Assembly (NCBI GenBank): GCA_951406725.2
Contig: OX597833.1
Span: forward strand, 7,006,001-7,070,000
Length of the DNA: 64,000 bases
Reading direction: 5' to 3'
DNA from: Octopus vulgaris
Lineage: Eukaryota
Shown here: in pieces, positions 1 to 13,315 of the stretch
Position numbering within the stretch: the stretch's first letter is position 1
How the letters are laid out: the number at the start of each line of letters is the position of its first letter
The notes under the pieces: generated by a model
Seen by the model: the letters and a program-made list of their open reading frames with translations, nothing else
What the model was told of the DNA's origin: nothing
Database searches by the model: none
Translations under genes and position numbers: made by a program

Positions 1-1
1 T

Positions 2-440
2 CGCTGTCCTAAAATAGAACGTTGCCCGGCAAATCACATCTGTCATCTATGCACAAAACTCGAAAATTCCTTCCGAAATAGATGGGTTGAATGCAGTAAA
101 TGTCGTGTTTCGATCTGCTTTCAATGTGCCACAAACTTTCAGAAGATCCCAGGTCAAAAGAAAGGACACCATACTTCTATGATGGATAAACTCTGGGAAA
201 TGGTCCAGCTACCAAACTGGTCGTTTCAGTGCCTGACTTGTGTGTCCCCTGCCACCATTGCTGCTGAACAGCAAAAACCGACTACTTTGTCTCCCAAAAC
301 CAGTCCTGTTGTTGAAGAACAACAGCAAAAACTGAAGCCGCCCGTGTCTTCCTCCCCTGTCACTCTTCAACAGCAGCAACAAAAATCGGCCATTCATGTT
401 GAAGAACATCAACAGAAACAGAAACTTAAGCCGCTGTCGT
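2..440 (+). CDS. Partial ORF entering from the window edge that encodes a PHD-like Cys8 zinc finger followed by a Q/P/T-rich linker (LINE ORF1 or host exon)
   Basis: The frame of the 179..514 ORF is open from base 2: RCPKIERCPANHI-CHLC-x10-WVE-CSKC-x4-CFQC-x34-CLTC, with WSFQ before the last Cys pair. The spacing and the WVEC/W-x-F motifs match PHD fingers, with Cys in place of the usual His. Confidence 0.5.
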
Positions 441-445
441 TGTTG

Positions 446-511
<66 letters not shown>

Positions 512-512
512 T

Positions 513-728
513 GATAAATCGGGTATAGCTGATGATGTATGGAAAAATGGAGATCTTCTCCCCCCGTGGGATGAAGTTAAAGTAATAGACAGAGAACACC
601 ACTGGAAAATACGAAAACTAAAAGCACATATGCTAGGACACAACAACCTCCTACGCAGACCAAGTGCAGATGTGAGCAGCATATGGGAACCGGTATTAAG
701 GAAGGATAGGAGAATATTAGATTTATAA
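513..728 (+). mobile_element. Penelope-like element GIY-YIG endonuclease, C-terminal fragment
   Basis: DKSGIADDVWKNGD..PWDEVKVIDREHHWKIRKLK resembles the PLE endonuclease C-terminus (S.IA.H.W..G....W.EV.I.D.E..W..RK.KE). The fragment is 5'-truncated at a (TTA)n run. Confidence 0.7.
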
Positions 729-758
729 GCCCAAAAAATTCACTCCATAATTGCCCAC

Positions 759-850
759 GGTCATATTGGCATAGTGCTTAAGAGCGCGGGCTACTAACCC
801 CAAAATTCCGAGTTCGATCCTTGGCAGTGACCTGAATAATAACAACAACA
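759..850 (+). mobile_element. tRNA-derived SINE-like head
   Basis: A-box-like TGGCATAGTGCTTAAG and B-box-like GAGTTCGATCC, then an (AAT/AAC)n tail. No intact cloverleaf. Confidence 0.5.
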
Positions 851-1837
851 ACATCGAAATTTCCCCCAAGACACCTGGACAAATATCCGTCAAATGTAAA
901 TAATGTAAATAAGTTTTTTGGTGGATGTACTGCTGAAGTTATGGGAGATATTGGACTAGGATTTGGCGTTGTTAATGCAAGAAATGGTTTCTGATTTAGG
1001 TACAAGACCAGATATTTTGAGGGGATGGGTTAGTCAGGACCCTCGAATACCCTATTAGACTTCCACATCATTGTATCGACCTCGGTAGGATGAAAGGCAA
1101 AGCTGACCACAGCAGGATTTGAACTCAGAACGTAGAGACCCAGAATTGACATGGCAAAGCATTTTCTGACACTCTATCGATTCCCCTAATACAACAACCC
1201 TTTTGATAACAACCTGCCTATGACCGCTCCTGGTTCTACAGTTCAAACCTCCCGTTTTAAAGTGTTCTAAATTAAAACCTGTCATCAAAAATTCACCTCA
1301 ATTTTAAGTTCCATTCACCAAATTAATAATGAGAGAGTTAAGTGATTAAATTCTTCATTGTCTTGAAAATTAACTGAAACAAAAGCAGCGGGAAAATGGT
1401 AACAAAAGTCTCCGACGCTTGCAGCGAAGGTGCTTGAAATATCTGGTTTGAAGCGATCTCACTTACGTTTTGCCTACATGAATAATTTCGCTTGAAGACA
1501 GTGAGAGAGAAGTGGATAGAATTACATTCAGACAGAACTAAATCGAATGTTTTGATTATCACAACACTTTAAACGATGTGAATGGGAATTTATAAAATAA
1601 ATGGGGGATCGTTGATGAGACATGAATAGGCGTCGAAACTATTGAGTTCGTTCGCTAAATCTGAAGATCAAGGCGAAAGCATGTGATGTAAACACATTGT
1701 TTATTTATGTATATTTGCTAAAAATACATATTCGTCAGGTAAACCCTGCATTTCAAACCGTGTCAAAGAAAAGGGGTAAAAAAGTCAGTGTACTTGTTAA
1801 TATGTGGGTGGGAGGAGAATGTCAGAAGGATATACAG

Positions 1838-2290
<453 letters not shown>

Positions 2291-2559
2291 AAAAGAGCGA
2301 GAGGGTGTAACGAGACAGAGAGAGAGAGGGGGAGTGAAAGGGGAAAAAGAAGGGGACAGAGACAGACAGAAATAGAGAGAGGCTGAAAGAGAGAGAGCGA
2401 TAAATTTGAGAGATTCTGCCTGCAAAATCGGACCCATTAAAACAGATGGTTTTTCCTCTGCTCGCTTCACAATTAACCCATTTCTCTTTTTCCATCTATT
2501 TTTCACTGTTGTTGTTCTTGTTGTCGTTGTTACCCATGTTCGTTTTTTTTCTTTTTTCT

Positions 2560-3921
2560 TTTGTTTTCGTACATTTCGCTGCATTTGTTGTAGTTTTTCT
2601 GGGTTTTTTTTGTTTTTTGTTTTTCAGCCCAACGTAGTCGCTGACATTCCAGCCATGCCCATCTCGAGTCATTTTTTTCTTTTTCTTTCAAGCATAGTGT
2701 AGCCTGGACAACATTAAGACTTCTGCGGTTTGATTTAAGAGAGATTTGGCTGCTATTTCTAACAAGTGGATCACAACAACAACCATGCCCATTCCAGCCA
2801 TGCCCATCTCGAGTCATTTTTTTTCTTTTTCTTTCAAGCATAGTGTAGCCTGGACAACATTAAGACTTCTGCGGTTTGATTTAAGAGAGATTTGGCTGCT
2901 ATTTCTAACAAGTGGATCACAACAACAACCATGCCCATTCCAGCCATGCCCATCTCGAGTCATTTTTTTCTTTTTCTTTCAGGCATAGCCTGAACAACAT
3001 TAGACTTCTGCGGTTTGATTTAAGAGAGATTTGACTGCTATTTCTATCAAGTGGATCACAACAACAACAACGCAACCCCATCAAGTTGTTGTTGTTTGAC
3101 TTCAGGTAAACCCAAATCGAACTTGTCAATGAGCAAAGGCGTTCCAGCCATGATCATCCCGTCTTTTTTTTATGTTAGAAATAACCCAGCAATTCCTTAT
3201 CCAATGAGACCAGTTTTAAGATAATGGGGTGTTATTTAAGGGACATGTTGCTGTTATTTCTGGCAACCAGGGCGACCATATAAAGCCAATCATGTTGTTG
3301 TGATTTATCGGATTGTGTGACAAACAATACCTTGTGGTGTTTGCTTACGATCCCATACGTCCTGAGTTCAAGTCCCACCGAGGTAGACTTTTTCATTCAT
3401 AATTCCAGGAACCGACAATGAAAGTACCAGTCAAATTCTCGGGGACGTTTCCTTTTCTATACATTCTTCTCCTCATTTTGGACGTAGGGGTTATTGTCAA
3501 TTTGATGGATCTTCCGTCAATTTCGACGAGGAGCAATCAGTTTGATTATTTGAACTTCTGACTCGTTAAGTTAACGTATAGACTGGATAAGGAAGTGCTG
3601 GGTTATTTCTACATTAAAAAAACGGGACGATCATGGCTGGAACGCCTTTGCTCATAGACAAGTTCGATTTGGGTTTACTTGAAGTCAAACAACAATAACT
3701 TGACGGGGTTGCGTTGTTGTTGTTGTGATCCACTTGTTAGAAATAGCAGCCAAATCTCTCTTAAATCAAACCGCAGCAGTCTAATGTTGTTCAGACTATG
3801 CCTGAAAGAAAAAGAAAAAAATGACTCGAGATGGGCATGGTTGGAATGTCAGCGACTACGTTGGGCTGAAAAACAAAAACAAAAAACCCACAAAAACTAC
3901 AAAAAATGTACGAAAACAAAA
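2560..3921. repeat. Long inverted repeat: arms ~2560-3203 and ~3584-3921, spacer ~380 bp
   Basis: 3584-3921 is the reverse complement of the left arm with a single copy of the 145-bp unit (for example GAAATAGCAGCCAAATCTCTCTTAAATCAAACCGCAG versus CTGCGGTTTGATTTAAGAGAGATTTGGCTGCTATTTC). Confidence 0.9.
2646..3070 (+). repeat. Three tandem copies of a ~145-bp unit
   Basis: The unit ATTCCAGCCATGCCCATCTCGAGTC...GGATCACAACAACAAC starts at 2646, 2791 and 2937. Confidence 0.9.
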
Positions 3922-4527
3922 TAAATGTGTACTTCATGTAATTCCTGAGCAGTTTCATTGTGTGTGAAAAGACTGGATTATTTAGTTACTGGTTCAATCC
4001 ACTGAACGGGCTTCAACTCAGTTTCATCCTACCCCTAGGACTATTGACAAAGCTTGGTGAGGCACGAGGGGTAGTGATAAGAGGCACTTGGCAAAGATGC
4101 TATGCAGTGAGATGGAACCTGGAACCGCCTGATTGCAAAACGAATTTCTTAACTACCAAGAACTTCCAGCATCCATATTGTCTATTTAATAAACCAATAT
4201 TGTTACCGGTGGCGGTGGCGGTGGGGGGGACGGCGGTGGCGGTGAGGATGGTGATGGTGGTGGCGGTGAGGATGGTGGTTGCGGTGGCGGTGAGGATGGT
4301 GATGGTGGTGGCGGTGAGGATGGTGATGGTGGTGATGCCGCTAGTGATGTGGGCAGTTGTGTTGATAGTGGGGGAGTGTGTCACCCTGGTGTGACGGTTG
4401 CATTCTCTGGTGAAGAAGTCAGTACACGTGGGTGTATATGTATATATATATTTGTGACTCCACGTGTATATGCGACTATGTATATATAAATATAAATATA
4501 TATGTGTGTGTGTGTGTGTGTATGTGT

Positions 4528-4568
<41 letters not shown>

Positions 4569-4725
4569 GGTTTTCCTCTGTGTACGTATGTGTATGACAT
4601 ATTCCTACCCAGAGAAACCAGTTTGAAAAACATATGCTTATGTATGTACGCATATGTTTGCATACATGTATGTAGTGTGTGTGTGTGTGTATGTGTGCTT
4701 CTGTATGCATATATATACCATAAAT

Positions 4726-4775
<50 letters not shown>

Positions 4776-4864
4776 GAATACATTTATGAATATGCCGCCT
4801 AATGTCCCACCAGGGACAAAGCTGATTAAAAATGTATATATATATATATGTATGTATATATAAA

Positions 4865-4897
<33 letters not shown>

Positions 4898-5700
4898 AAG
4901 TATATACGCACACGCACACACACACACGTATGAAAAAAATGCTAATGTCTCGGTGTGTGTCCATATTTATAGAAGCACTGGCTGACGTATCATCTTTCAT
5001 CGTGACATTCTCTCCCTTGTCAAACGATACTTTTTTAGTCATCACGTGACGTTCTTCTTTACTGATTTGACCTAAAAATTGGCAGCCATATTTATTACAC
5101 ACACATCATAAAAAATATATATAACTTTCATCTAAACAAAAATTATTTAAATCTAAACAAAGTTGTTAATTTATTTTGTTGAATTAATTACCATTGAAAT
5201 TTGAATATCAAAATCTGTATTGAATATCTACGTTCATTATATTTCATTGTTGTTGTTGTAGTGGTCTGTGTAACTAATTTTGTGTGGCGCAGAATTAACT
5301 GATTTTGCTTAGCCTCGAGTGAGTCGGAACTATGTAGTTAATTCTATGATCAAAGAGTACCAACCGTGACCATTCCATAAATTCGAGAATATTTAGGATT
5401 GCATCGATCAATCTGTCTTCCTATTTTTCAGACAATATTCTATGATGTGAAAGACTTTATGTGTTATTTCTAGCAGGTTTGCGTGACTAGGTACAAAGTC
5501 CAAAAGTCTAATACGAAATAATGAACATCAGAACGAGTTCAAATCCTGCCTATTTGAAACTTGATTTTCCTTCCTCCTTGTTCCACAAAATATTTAATAG
5601 AGGTATACTTGGTCTTGCGCTGCCAGTATAAACCTCTCGGTCTCTTTTTTTTTTTTTAGTGTTCCTTTCTTCAGCTATCCCACCTATTTTTCCAGTAATA

Positions 5701-6305
5701 TTTTTTTTCTTTCAAATTTACTTCCATTTCTTGCCGAGTGTCTTCCCGACTCCTAGGGCAAAGAAACTCATAGTATACATTGGTAGGCCATTAAACCAAA
5801 CTCAATAGTTCGTTCATTTTTTTTTCTTGAGTTAAATTAAAATACATGGGTAGTAATAGTTCTCACATCGACAATACTCTTCTCAATACGTGTGATGTAC
5901 CAGTTAAGACAATCTTTTGCACTTCTTGCAGGGATGGTAAGCCAGGGATCATTCTCATATAATTTTCGGTTCCCTTCTTGATCATTCCTAGTACTCCTAC
6001 GATCACTGGTATTGTAACCGCCTTGAGATGCCACATTTTCTCAATTTCAATGAGTAGATCTTTATATTTTCTGAGCTTGTCAAACTCTTTCGCCAAGATA
6101 TTAGGATCACAGGGGATGCTCATGTCGATCAATAAGCAAACTTTATTGTTTTGGTCTTTCACAACAATATCTGGTTTATTGGCTTTGATGGTTCGGTCTG
6201 TATGTACTGGAAAGTCCCACAGAATCGTTACATTTTCTCCTTCAGTTACAGCTTCAGGGTGGTGATTATACCACTTGTCGGCAGTTTTGATATTGTAATG
6301 CCGAC
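5701..6305 (-). mobile_element. 5'-truncated R4/Dong-like non-LTR retrotransposon: restriction-like endonuclease C-terminus plus 3' UTR
   Basis: WYNHHPEAVTE..VTILWDFPVHTDRTIKANKPDIVVKD....CLLIDMSIP..KYKDL..EIEKMW..IPVIVGVLG carries the PD..D RLE motif; stop at 5863. The 5' end abuts (TAA)n on the minus strand. The same 3' end recurs at 60034. Confidence 0.88.
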
Positions 6306-6365
<60 letters not shown>

Positions 6366-6689
6366 GTTTTTGGATTTGGTTTGCAAGATTCTTTATGTGA
6401 GTCAGGACTATTGAAAAGGTTGCAAGACGCAACGAAAATTTTAGGAAAATAAAAAAAAGAAATAAGTGGAAATTTTACCGTTGAGTATGTTAAATTATAA
6501 GCCACAAAAAGAAAATGACTCTCCCCAGACACAACAGAATTATTATTATTATTAGAACTCAAGAAATACATGGAGGACATGAAGAAGCACCACACAACAA
6601 GGGACTATACCATCAAGGGACTATACCATCAAGTCCATGCTGCCACAAGTGAAGTTGCTGGACAACATAGGTAAGACTGGTAGGGAACT

Positions 6690-7170
6690 CCGATAAAAGA
6701 GACCGAGGGCTCAATATTGGCAGCGCAAGACCAAGCTTTGACCACAAATTGGAGGGTCAACATTAGGAATGAACAAATGTCGCCACTGTGCCGAATCTAT
6801 TTTGAGTTGACAAAGATATTGCCTATATCGTGTGAACGAATGCCCACGACTTGCCCAAAACCAATATAAGTTGTGGTAGTACCGCGAAATATGAAAAGTG
6901 CTACATATGAAATTTTATGATAAGTGGGGGCTACAGAGGGGCAAGATATGGTATGAGCACAAACCGCAAAGAATGGCGGACTCAGAAACCTGCAAAATCC
7001 GGTGGGCTTTCCCAAACCAAACAGACCGGGTACTAGAAAATAACAAACCGAACCTAATGGTGGTTGACAATGTGAATCAAATGTGCTCCATAATTGTTGT
7101 TACATGTCCCTGTGACACACGGATTGTCAAGAAGGAAGATGAAAAAATAGACATAGACAACCCTCTTAAC
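6690..7170 (+). mobile_element. Degenerate R4/Dong-like RLE retroelement fragment
   Basis: ETEGSILAAQDQALTTN, a degraded CR.C zinc-knuckle region, and WYEHKP..W.FP.QTDRVLENNKPNLMVVD..VTCPCD; frameshifts present. Confidence 0.75.
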
Positions 7171-7254
7171 TATTTTGAGAATGAAAGTGAATATAGTGCC
7201 GTTACTGATGAGTCATTGAGGACAAGATCAGAAGACATCAGGAGGGAATCGGAA

Positions 7255-7797
7255 AATATAGCAAGGATTGTCCGTTGGACGCTTTGCAACAAGTATGGAC
7301 TTGACAGAGCAAAAAAGTGGTACGAACATAAACCTGAAGGCATCATCGAAAATGATAATGCAAAGATCCTATGGGATTTTATGATTCAGTGCGACCATGA
7401 GATAGAGACATAGTGTTGAGAAAGAAAGCAAACGATGCTGGATCATAGATATAGCATGCCCAGCTGACAACAAGGTATGCAATAAGGAAGAAAGAAAAGT
7501 TCAGAGATATGACAGGTTAGCTTGGGAGGTTAAGCAGTTGTGGTTGATGAAAAAGGTGGAAGTAGTACCAATAATTGTCGGAGCCCTGGGAACAGTGAGT
7601 AAAAATCTTGAGAAGTACATGAAACAAATAGGGGCTGCAATAAGGGTGGTGCACTTGCAGTAAATAGCACTAGTTGGAACCGCTCGAATACTCCAAAAGG
7701 TGCTCGAAAAATAAGGAGTGTTACCTGATTTCACTGGTAGTGAACAGCTGACACCGTAGTACATCTCCAGCGTTAGAATCTGTGCAAAGACAATAAA
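7255..7797 (+). mobile_element. R4/Dong-like RLE retroelement 3' end (second family) with a (TAA)n tail
   Basis: IARIVRWTLC..KWYEHKPEGIIENDNAKILWDFMIQCDH, CWIIDIACPAD..EVKQLW..VVPIIVGALGTV and GTARILQKVLEK*. A short 3' UTR runs into (TAA)n at ~7797. Confidence 0.85.
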
Positions 7798-7811
7798 TAA
7801 TAATAATAATA

Positions 7812-7864
<53 letters not shown>

Positions 7865-7955
7865 AATAACAATAATAATAATAATAATAATAATAACAAC
7901 AACAGCAGCAATGATGTCACTATTCTCCGGGGTATGCCCATCCACCAATAACATA

Positions 7956-8366
7956 GGCGCAGGAGTGGCTGTGTGGTAAGTAACTTGTTTACCAGCCACA
8001 TGGTTCCGGGTTCAGTCCCACTGCGTGGCACCTTGGGCAAGTGTCTTCTACTATAGCCTCGGGCCGACCAAAGCCTTGTGAGTGGATTTGGTAGACGGAA
8101 ACTGAAAGAAGCCCGTCGTATATATGTATATATATATGCGCGTGTGTGTTTGTGTGTCTGTGTTTGTCACCCTAGCATTGCTTGACAACCGATGCTGGTG
8201 TGTTTATGTCCTCGTTACTTAGCGGTTCGGCAAAAGGGACCGATAGAATAAGTACTCGGCTTACAAAAGAATAAGTCCCGGGGTCGAGTTGCTCGATTAA
8301 AGGCGGTGCTCCAGCATGGCCGCAGTCAAAATGACTGAAACAAGTAGAAAGAGAAAGAGAAAGAGT
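7956..8366 (+). mobile_element. Full-length tRNA-derived SINE, family A (octopus OR/OK-like, CORE-like box), with an internal TA/TG microsatellite
   Basis: Head GGCGCAGGAGTGGCTGTGTGGTAAG..GGTTCAGTCCC, CORE-like CACCTTGGGCAAGTGTCTT, tail CCAGCATGGCCGCAGTC..GAAACAAGT(AAAGAG)n. Near-identical copies occur elsewhere in the window. Confidence 0.9.
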
Positions 8367-8374
8367 TAAGAGAG

Positions 8375-8535
8375 TGATAAAAACCAACACACCTAACATG
8401 GTCGTCGGGGATGAGAAAGACAGCAGGTGTATACTTATCGACATTACAAATACCAATGACAGTCTCAGAGAAACTGACCAAATACAAAGACCTGGAGATC
8501 GAAACTAACAGGATGTGGAATATGAAAAGTGAAAT
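8375..8535 (+). mobile_element. RLE retroelement fragment
   Basis: NTPNMVVGDEKDSRCILIDIT and EKLTKYKDLEIETNRMW. Confidence 0.65.
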
Positions 8536-8569
8536 ATTTCTACTGGGGGGAAGGGGGATAGACGATGAC

Positions 8570-8700
8570 ATCGACCCCAGTGCGAAACTGGTACTGAGGT
8601 ACTTATTTCATCGACACCGAAAGAATGAAAGCAAAGTCGACCTCGGCGGAATTTGAACTCAGAACGTAGCGGCAGATGAAATACCGCTAAGCATTTCGCC
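8570..8700 (-). mobile_element. SINE family B fragment
   Basis: Reverse complement of GTTCTGAGTTCAAATTCCGCCGAGGTCGACTTTGC(C)TTTCAT, as seen at 26400-26930. Confidence 0.75.
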
Positions 8701-8811
8701 TCGGGTCGACCAAAGCCTTATGAGTGGATTTGGTTCACGGAAACTGAAAGAAGCCCGTCGTATATATATATATATATATACGACGGGCTTCTTTCAGTTT
8801 CCGTCAAGCAA

Positions 8812-8874
<63 letters not shown>

Positions 8875-9110
8875 CTATATATGTGTATGTATGCGTTTGT
8901 GTGTGTGTTTGTGTCTGTTTGCCTCCCTTCCCAACATCGCCTGACAACCGATGTTGGTGTGTTTACGTCTCCGTAATTTAGCGATTCGGCAAAGAGACCG
9001 ATAGAATAACCACAAGGCTTACAAAAATTAAGTCAAGGGGTCGATTTCTTCGCTTAAAGGGCGGTGCTCCAGCACGGCCGCAGTCAAATGACTGAAACAA
9101 AGTAAGAGAA
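8701..9110 (+). mobile_element. 5'-truncated SINE family A copy containing a fold-back palindrome
   Basis: Matches 8060-8350; 8737-8804 is a perfect palindrome. Confidence 0.85.
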
Positions 9111-9170
9111 GGCATGCATGCCTGTATACGTGTGTATGTATGTGCACATGTGTATATATATGCGTGTATA

Positions 9171-9238
<68 letters not shown>

Positions 9239-9558
9239 CGCGTAGTAATGTGGTCTGTCTAAATTGATGCGATCTGTTCCTTTGTTTATTTTCTGGAGAG
9301 TCGACGATGATAGCGGCGATGATGATGACGACGATGATGATGATGATGATGGTGATGATAAAGACGACGATGATGATGATGATGATGATGATAAGGAGGA
9401 GGAGGGGAGCGAGGGGGAGAATGATGAGGATGATAGAAGGCTGACGATTCATGAATCGTTGAATGTGGGCATGCATACACTGACACAGCAGGACAGACAG
9501 ACAGACACACACACAGACAGACAGACAGACAGACAGATAGATATAGAGATAGATAGAA

Positions 9559-9621
<63 letters not shown>

Positions 9622-9921
9622 TAGATAGATAGATATACACACACACACAAGCACGTGTGTGTCTGTATGCGGGTGTGTGTGCGTGCGTGTTCATAACTCC
9701 CACAAGTGTGTACATCTAAAAATGTCGGTAGATCGGGGGGTGGAGGTGGAGGTGGAGGTGGCGGTGTTGCAGATAGGCAGTAGATCGGGGTGGAAATTAA
9801 GGGTGCAGGTGGGTAAGTGGTTGGTTTTTGTAGGGGTGGAAGTGATAGAATGGGGTGGTGTGATCCTAGAACCACCCTTTTAACTCGGCTGTTTCAATAC
9901 CCCTTCCTACACACTCACACT

Positions 9922-9958
<37 letters not shown>

Positions 9959-10660
9959 GCTGTAATATATATACACGCGTGTGCAGACATACCCGCTATA
10001 CACCCCACATCCTTCTACACACAGATAAATACTGATTAGACGGAGACATGCTTCCATAGTCGTGCGTAGGGTATCTGATTTTTACATTATATATATATAT
10101 ATACACACACACATACAAATATATACATATATACATATACATATATACGTGTGTGTGTATTGTGCATTTGGTTGTCTATGCATTCATGCTTATATTTTTA
10201 TTGGTGTGAATGTGTATGCGTTGGTATTTGAATATATATATACATATGCATACGTATTTGAATGTGTGTGTGTGTGTGTTTGTGTGTGTATGCGCCTGTG
10301 TGTTCATATATTTAGTTGCGTGTATATTGTGTACGCATGCCTATATATGTCTGTATACGGGAATATAGATATATTTTTTTTTAACGTGTACACGAATATA
10401 TGTGTGTGTGTGTGTGTGTATGTGTGTGAACGCATGTATATAGACAGACAGATAGATGAATACATACATACACATACACACACATACACACATATATATA
10501 CATTTATATTTGTATACATACATACATATATATATACACATGTATGTATGTATGTATGTATGTATCCATTAATTAATGACAGACTTGGTCCAGGCCATGT
10601 CTAACATAACAGCGCCACCTGGTGAATTCTATTGAAAACTATATTTTGGAAAACTATACC

Positions 10661-11086
10661 CAGGGCCGGATTAAGACCCATCGAGGCCCTAAGAACTCAA
10701 AAGATTTAGGTGTCCCCATAAAATATTATGTAATTTATAATATAAACGATAACAAACCATGAAATAAATTTTTATTTTTCTAAACGAAACAAAACAGTAA
10801 GAGGGAAAATAATGTTTATTTTTGTATAATTCTACATTATTTAGATTCGAAAAGTTTCCTCCTACTTTTTTGAATGGCAAAGTCTTTGATAAAATCCTCA
10901 AAATTAATCTTAAGTAACACATCTGGATCTATACTTTGTAGAGATAAAGGCATCCCGAATATTATTTTAACAAGTTTAAAGTGATTTCTTTTGTTCCGTA
11001 AACCAATAACCATTTCTGTAGTGCCCCCTCCCTCCCTTGATGCCCTAAGCATGTGCTTATTTTGCTTAATGGTTAATCCAGCGCTG
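10661..11086 (-). mobile_element. Non-autonomous hAT element retaining a transposase C-terminal remnant
   Basis: TIRs CAGGGCCGGATTAA / TTAATCCAGCGCTG; 8-bp TSD ACTATACC / ACCATACC. The minus-strand peptide LSLQSIDPDVLLKINFEDFIKDFAIQKSRRK resembles the end of the hAT dimerisation domain. Confidence 0.85.
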
Positions 11087-11469
11087 ACCATACCCCATGG
11101 GGTAGCAAAAAATTTATTGCTGATCGAAATGTCGCCGGGTGTCAATAGTTTCATGGAGAATGTGTCCATGTACCGTTTAAAGAATAAGGTGCTTTATTTC
11201 AGGGTAATGTTGAATGAAGCGGGGCTGGTTGGGGTAAAAACAAGCTGTGTGACAATGTAGTTATGAGATGTGAGTTCGATATTTTGTAAGGGTTATATAT
11301 CAAGGAAGTCAGCCTTGGAGCGACTTTAAAATAAAATTGATGTTTACATCGTCACTCAATCAACAGCACTCTTTGTAAAACGGGAGCTGTTCCTTGTACT
11401 ACGATCTCATGGACTGCATAAATATTCATGTTCCTTGAGATACGTTAAGTGAACTTTACCATTCCTTTC

Positions 11470-11890
11470 TTCGTGAGTCCCAGTGATTTAAAGACTTCTG
11501 CTATTATTCTAGTCTTCACGTTCCACTTCCTGTTCATTTCGATCTCCAGGTCTTTGTACTTTGTCGGTTTCTCAGTGACTTTCTGGTTTTGAAAAGCCTA
11601 ATTTCTCAAGATTGCTATTTAGGCAGTGAGTTACATATCTCAGTGCCCTAATAATTACAGGTATAAACCTGAACCTGTAATCTGGATAGAGTAACTGCAG
11701 ATTTCTCAATAGTTCAGCATAGATGTTCCCTTTTTCACTGATCTTCAGCTTTATGTTAACATCCGCTAGGCAGCTAATTTTCACAACTGTGCACAGTTTG
11801 TCTTCGCTGTCCCTAATCATTATATCGGGTCTTTTGTGCTTACATTTTATTGAGATCTTGACTGGGACATTCCACCAGTATTCCTTTTTA
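11470..11890 (-). mobile_element. Two abutting RLE (R4/Dong-like) endonuclease fragments
   Basis: EYWWNVPVK...KHKRPDIMIRD...CTVVKISC..FIPVIIRAL, followed by EKPTKYKDLEIEMNRKW. Confidence 0.75.
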
Positions 11891-11921
11891 TGTAAGTATG
11901 TATGTATGTATGTACACATAT

Positions 11922-12330
11922 AGGCGTACGAGTGGCTGTGTGGTAAGTAGCTTGCTTACCAACCACATGGTTCCGGGTTCAGTCCCACTGCGTGGCACCT
12001 TGGGCAAGTGTCTTCTACTATAGCCTCGAGCCGACCAAAGCCTTGTGAGTGGATTTGGTAGACGGAAACTGAAAGAAGCCCGTCGTATATATGTATATAT
12101 ATATATATGTATATGTGTGTATGTGTTTGTGTTTGTCCCCCTAGCATTGCTTGACAACCGATGCTGGTGTGTTTACGTCCCCGTCACTTAGCGGTTCGGC
12201 AAAAGGGACCGATAGAATAAGTACTGGGCTTACAAAAAGAATAAGTCCCGGGGTCGATTTGCTCGACTAAAGGCGGTGCTCCAGCATGGCCGCAGTCAAA
12301 TGGCTGAAACGAGTAAAAGAGTAAAAGAGT
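11922..12330 (+). mobile_element. Full-length SINE family A copy
   Basis: Near-identical to 7956-8366. Confidence 0.9.
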
Positions 12331-12344
12331 ATATATATATAATA

Positions 12345-12382
12345 TGTAGTAAGAAGTTTGCTTCCTAGGAACATGGTTCTGG

Positions 12383-12413
<31 letters not shown>

Positions 12414-12655
12414 CTTGACCCCACCCCTCCCACTACCACTTAACAACTGTGCTGATGTGCTTACGTCTTCGTGACCTAGCGGTTCAGCAAAAGATACTGA
12501 TGGAATAAGTACCAGGCTTTACCCACCAAAAACAAAAAAAAAAACAAAACAAAATAGCAAAAACCGGGGTCAATTCGTTCGAGTAAAATATTCTTGAAGC
12601 CCGTGCCCCAGCATGGCCGCAACCTAATGACCGGAACAAGAGATAAAAGATTAAA
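12345..12655 (+). mobile_element. Older, diverged SINE family A-related copy
   Basis: TAGCGGTTCAGCAAAAGA..GAATAAGTACCAGGCTT..CCCCAGCATGGCCGCA. Confidence 0.7.
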
Positions 12656-13282
12656 GACAGATTTCATTTTGCGATGTTATCTCTCTCTCTTATTACTCTC
12701 ACCCCCCTCTTCCTTCCTTCTTTCTCTCATTCTGTCTTACCCCCCTCTCTCTACGTATTCATCTCTTCCTCTCCAACGCCTCACCTCCTCCTCTCCTTCT
12801 TGACCCTGCTGATGACTGACTACCACAGGTTAACTTCTGTCAGTGTGTGTATGTGTGTGTGCATGCGCGTATGTGTGTGTGTATGTGTGTGTGTTTGTGT
12901 GTGTGTGTTTGTGTGTGTGAGCGAGTGTATGTGTGTGTGTGCGAGCGTGTGTGTGTGTATGCGCGTGTGTGTACGTGTGTGTGTTTGTGTGGGTGTGCAT
13001 GTGTGTACGTGTGTGTGGGTTTGTGTGTGTGTGTGTGTATGCGTATGTGTGTGTTTGTGTGTGTGTGTGTGCGTGTGTGTGTGTGTGTGTGCATGTGTGA
13101 GACTATGTCATGGTGTTCGCTAATTTTCATCGCCACTGGAATAGCAGACGATTACTACCACCATCATCATCATCATCATCATCACCATTAGGGACACTAT
13201 CATCATCATCATCATCATCGTCGTAGTCGTCGTCTTCCCCCTAAGGCTGAACCACCACAACCACACATCAACACCACCACTG

Positions 13283-13315
<33 letters not shown>

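Noticed and set aside
759-835. tRNA gene
   Set aside because: A and B boxes are present, but the anticodon and acceptor stems do not pair; treated as a SINE-like head.
2646-3070. CRISPR-like array
   Set aside because: Whole-unit tandem duplication with no unique spacers, in eukaryotic DNA.
6306-6432. N-terminal poly-Ile extension of ORF 5863..6432
   Set aside because: It is the (TAA)n target repeat plus unrelated flank, not part of the element ORF.
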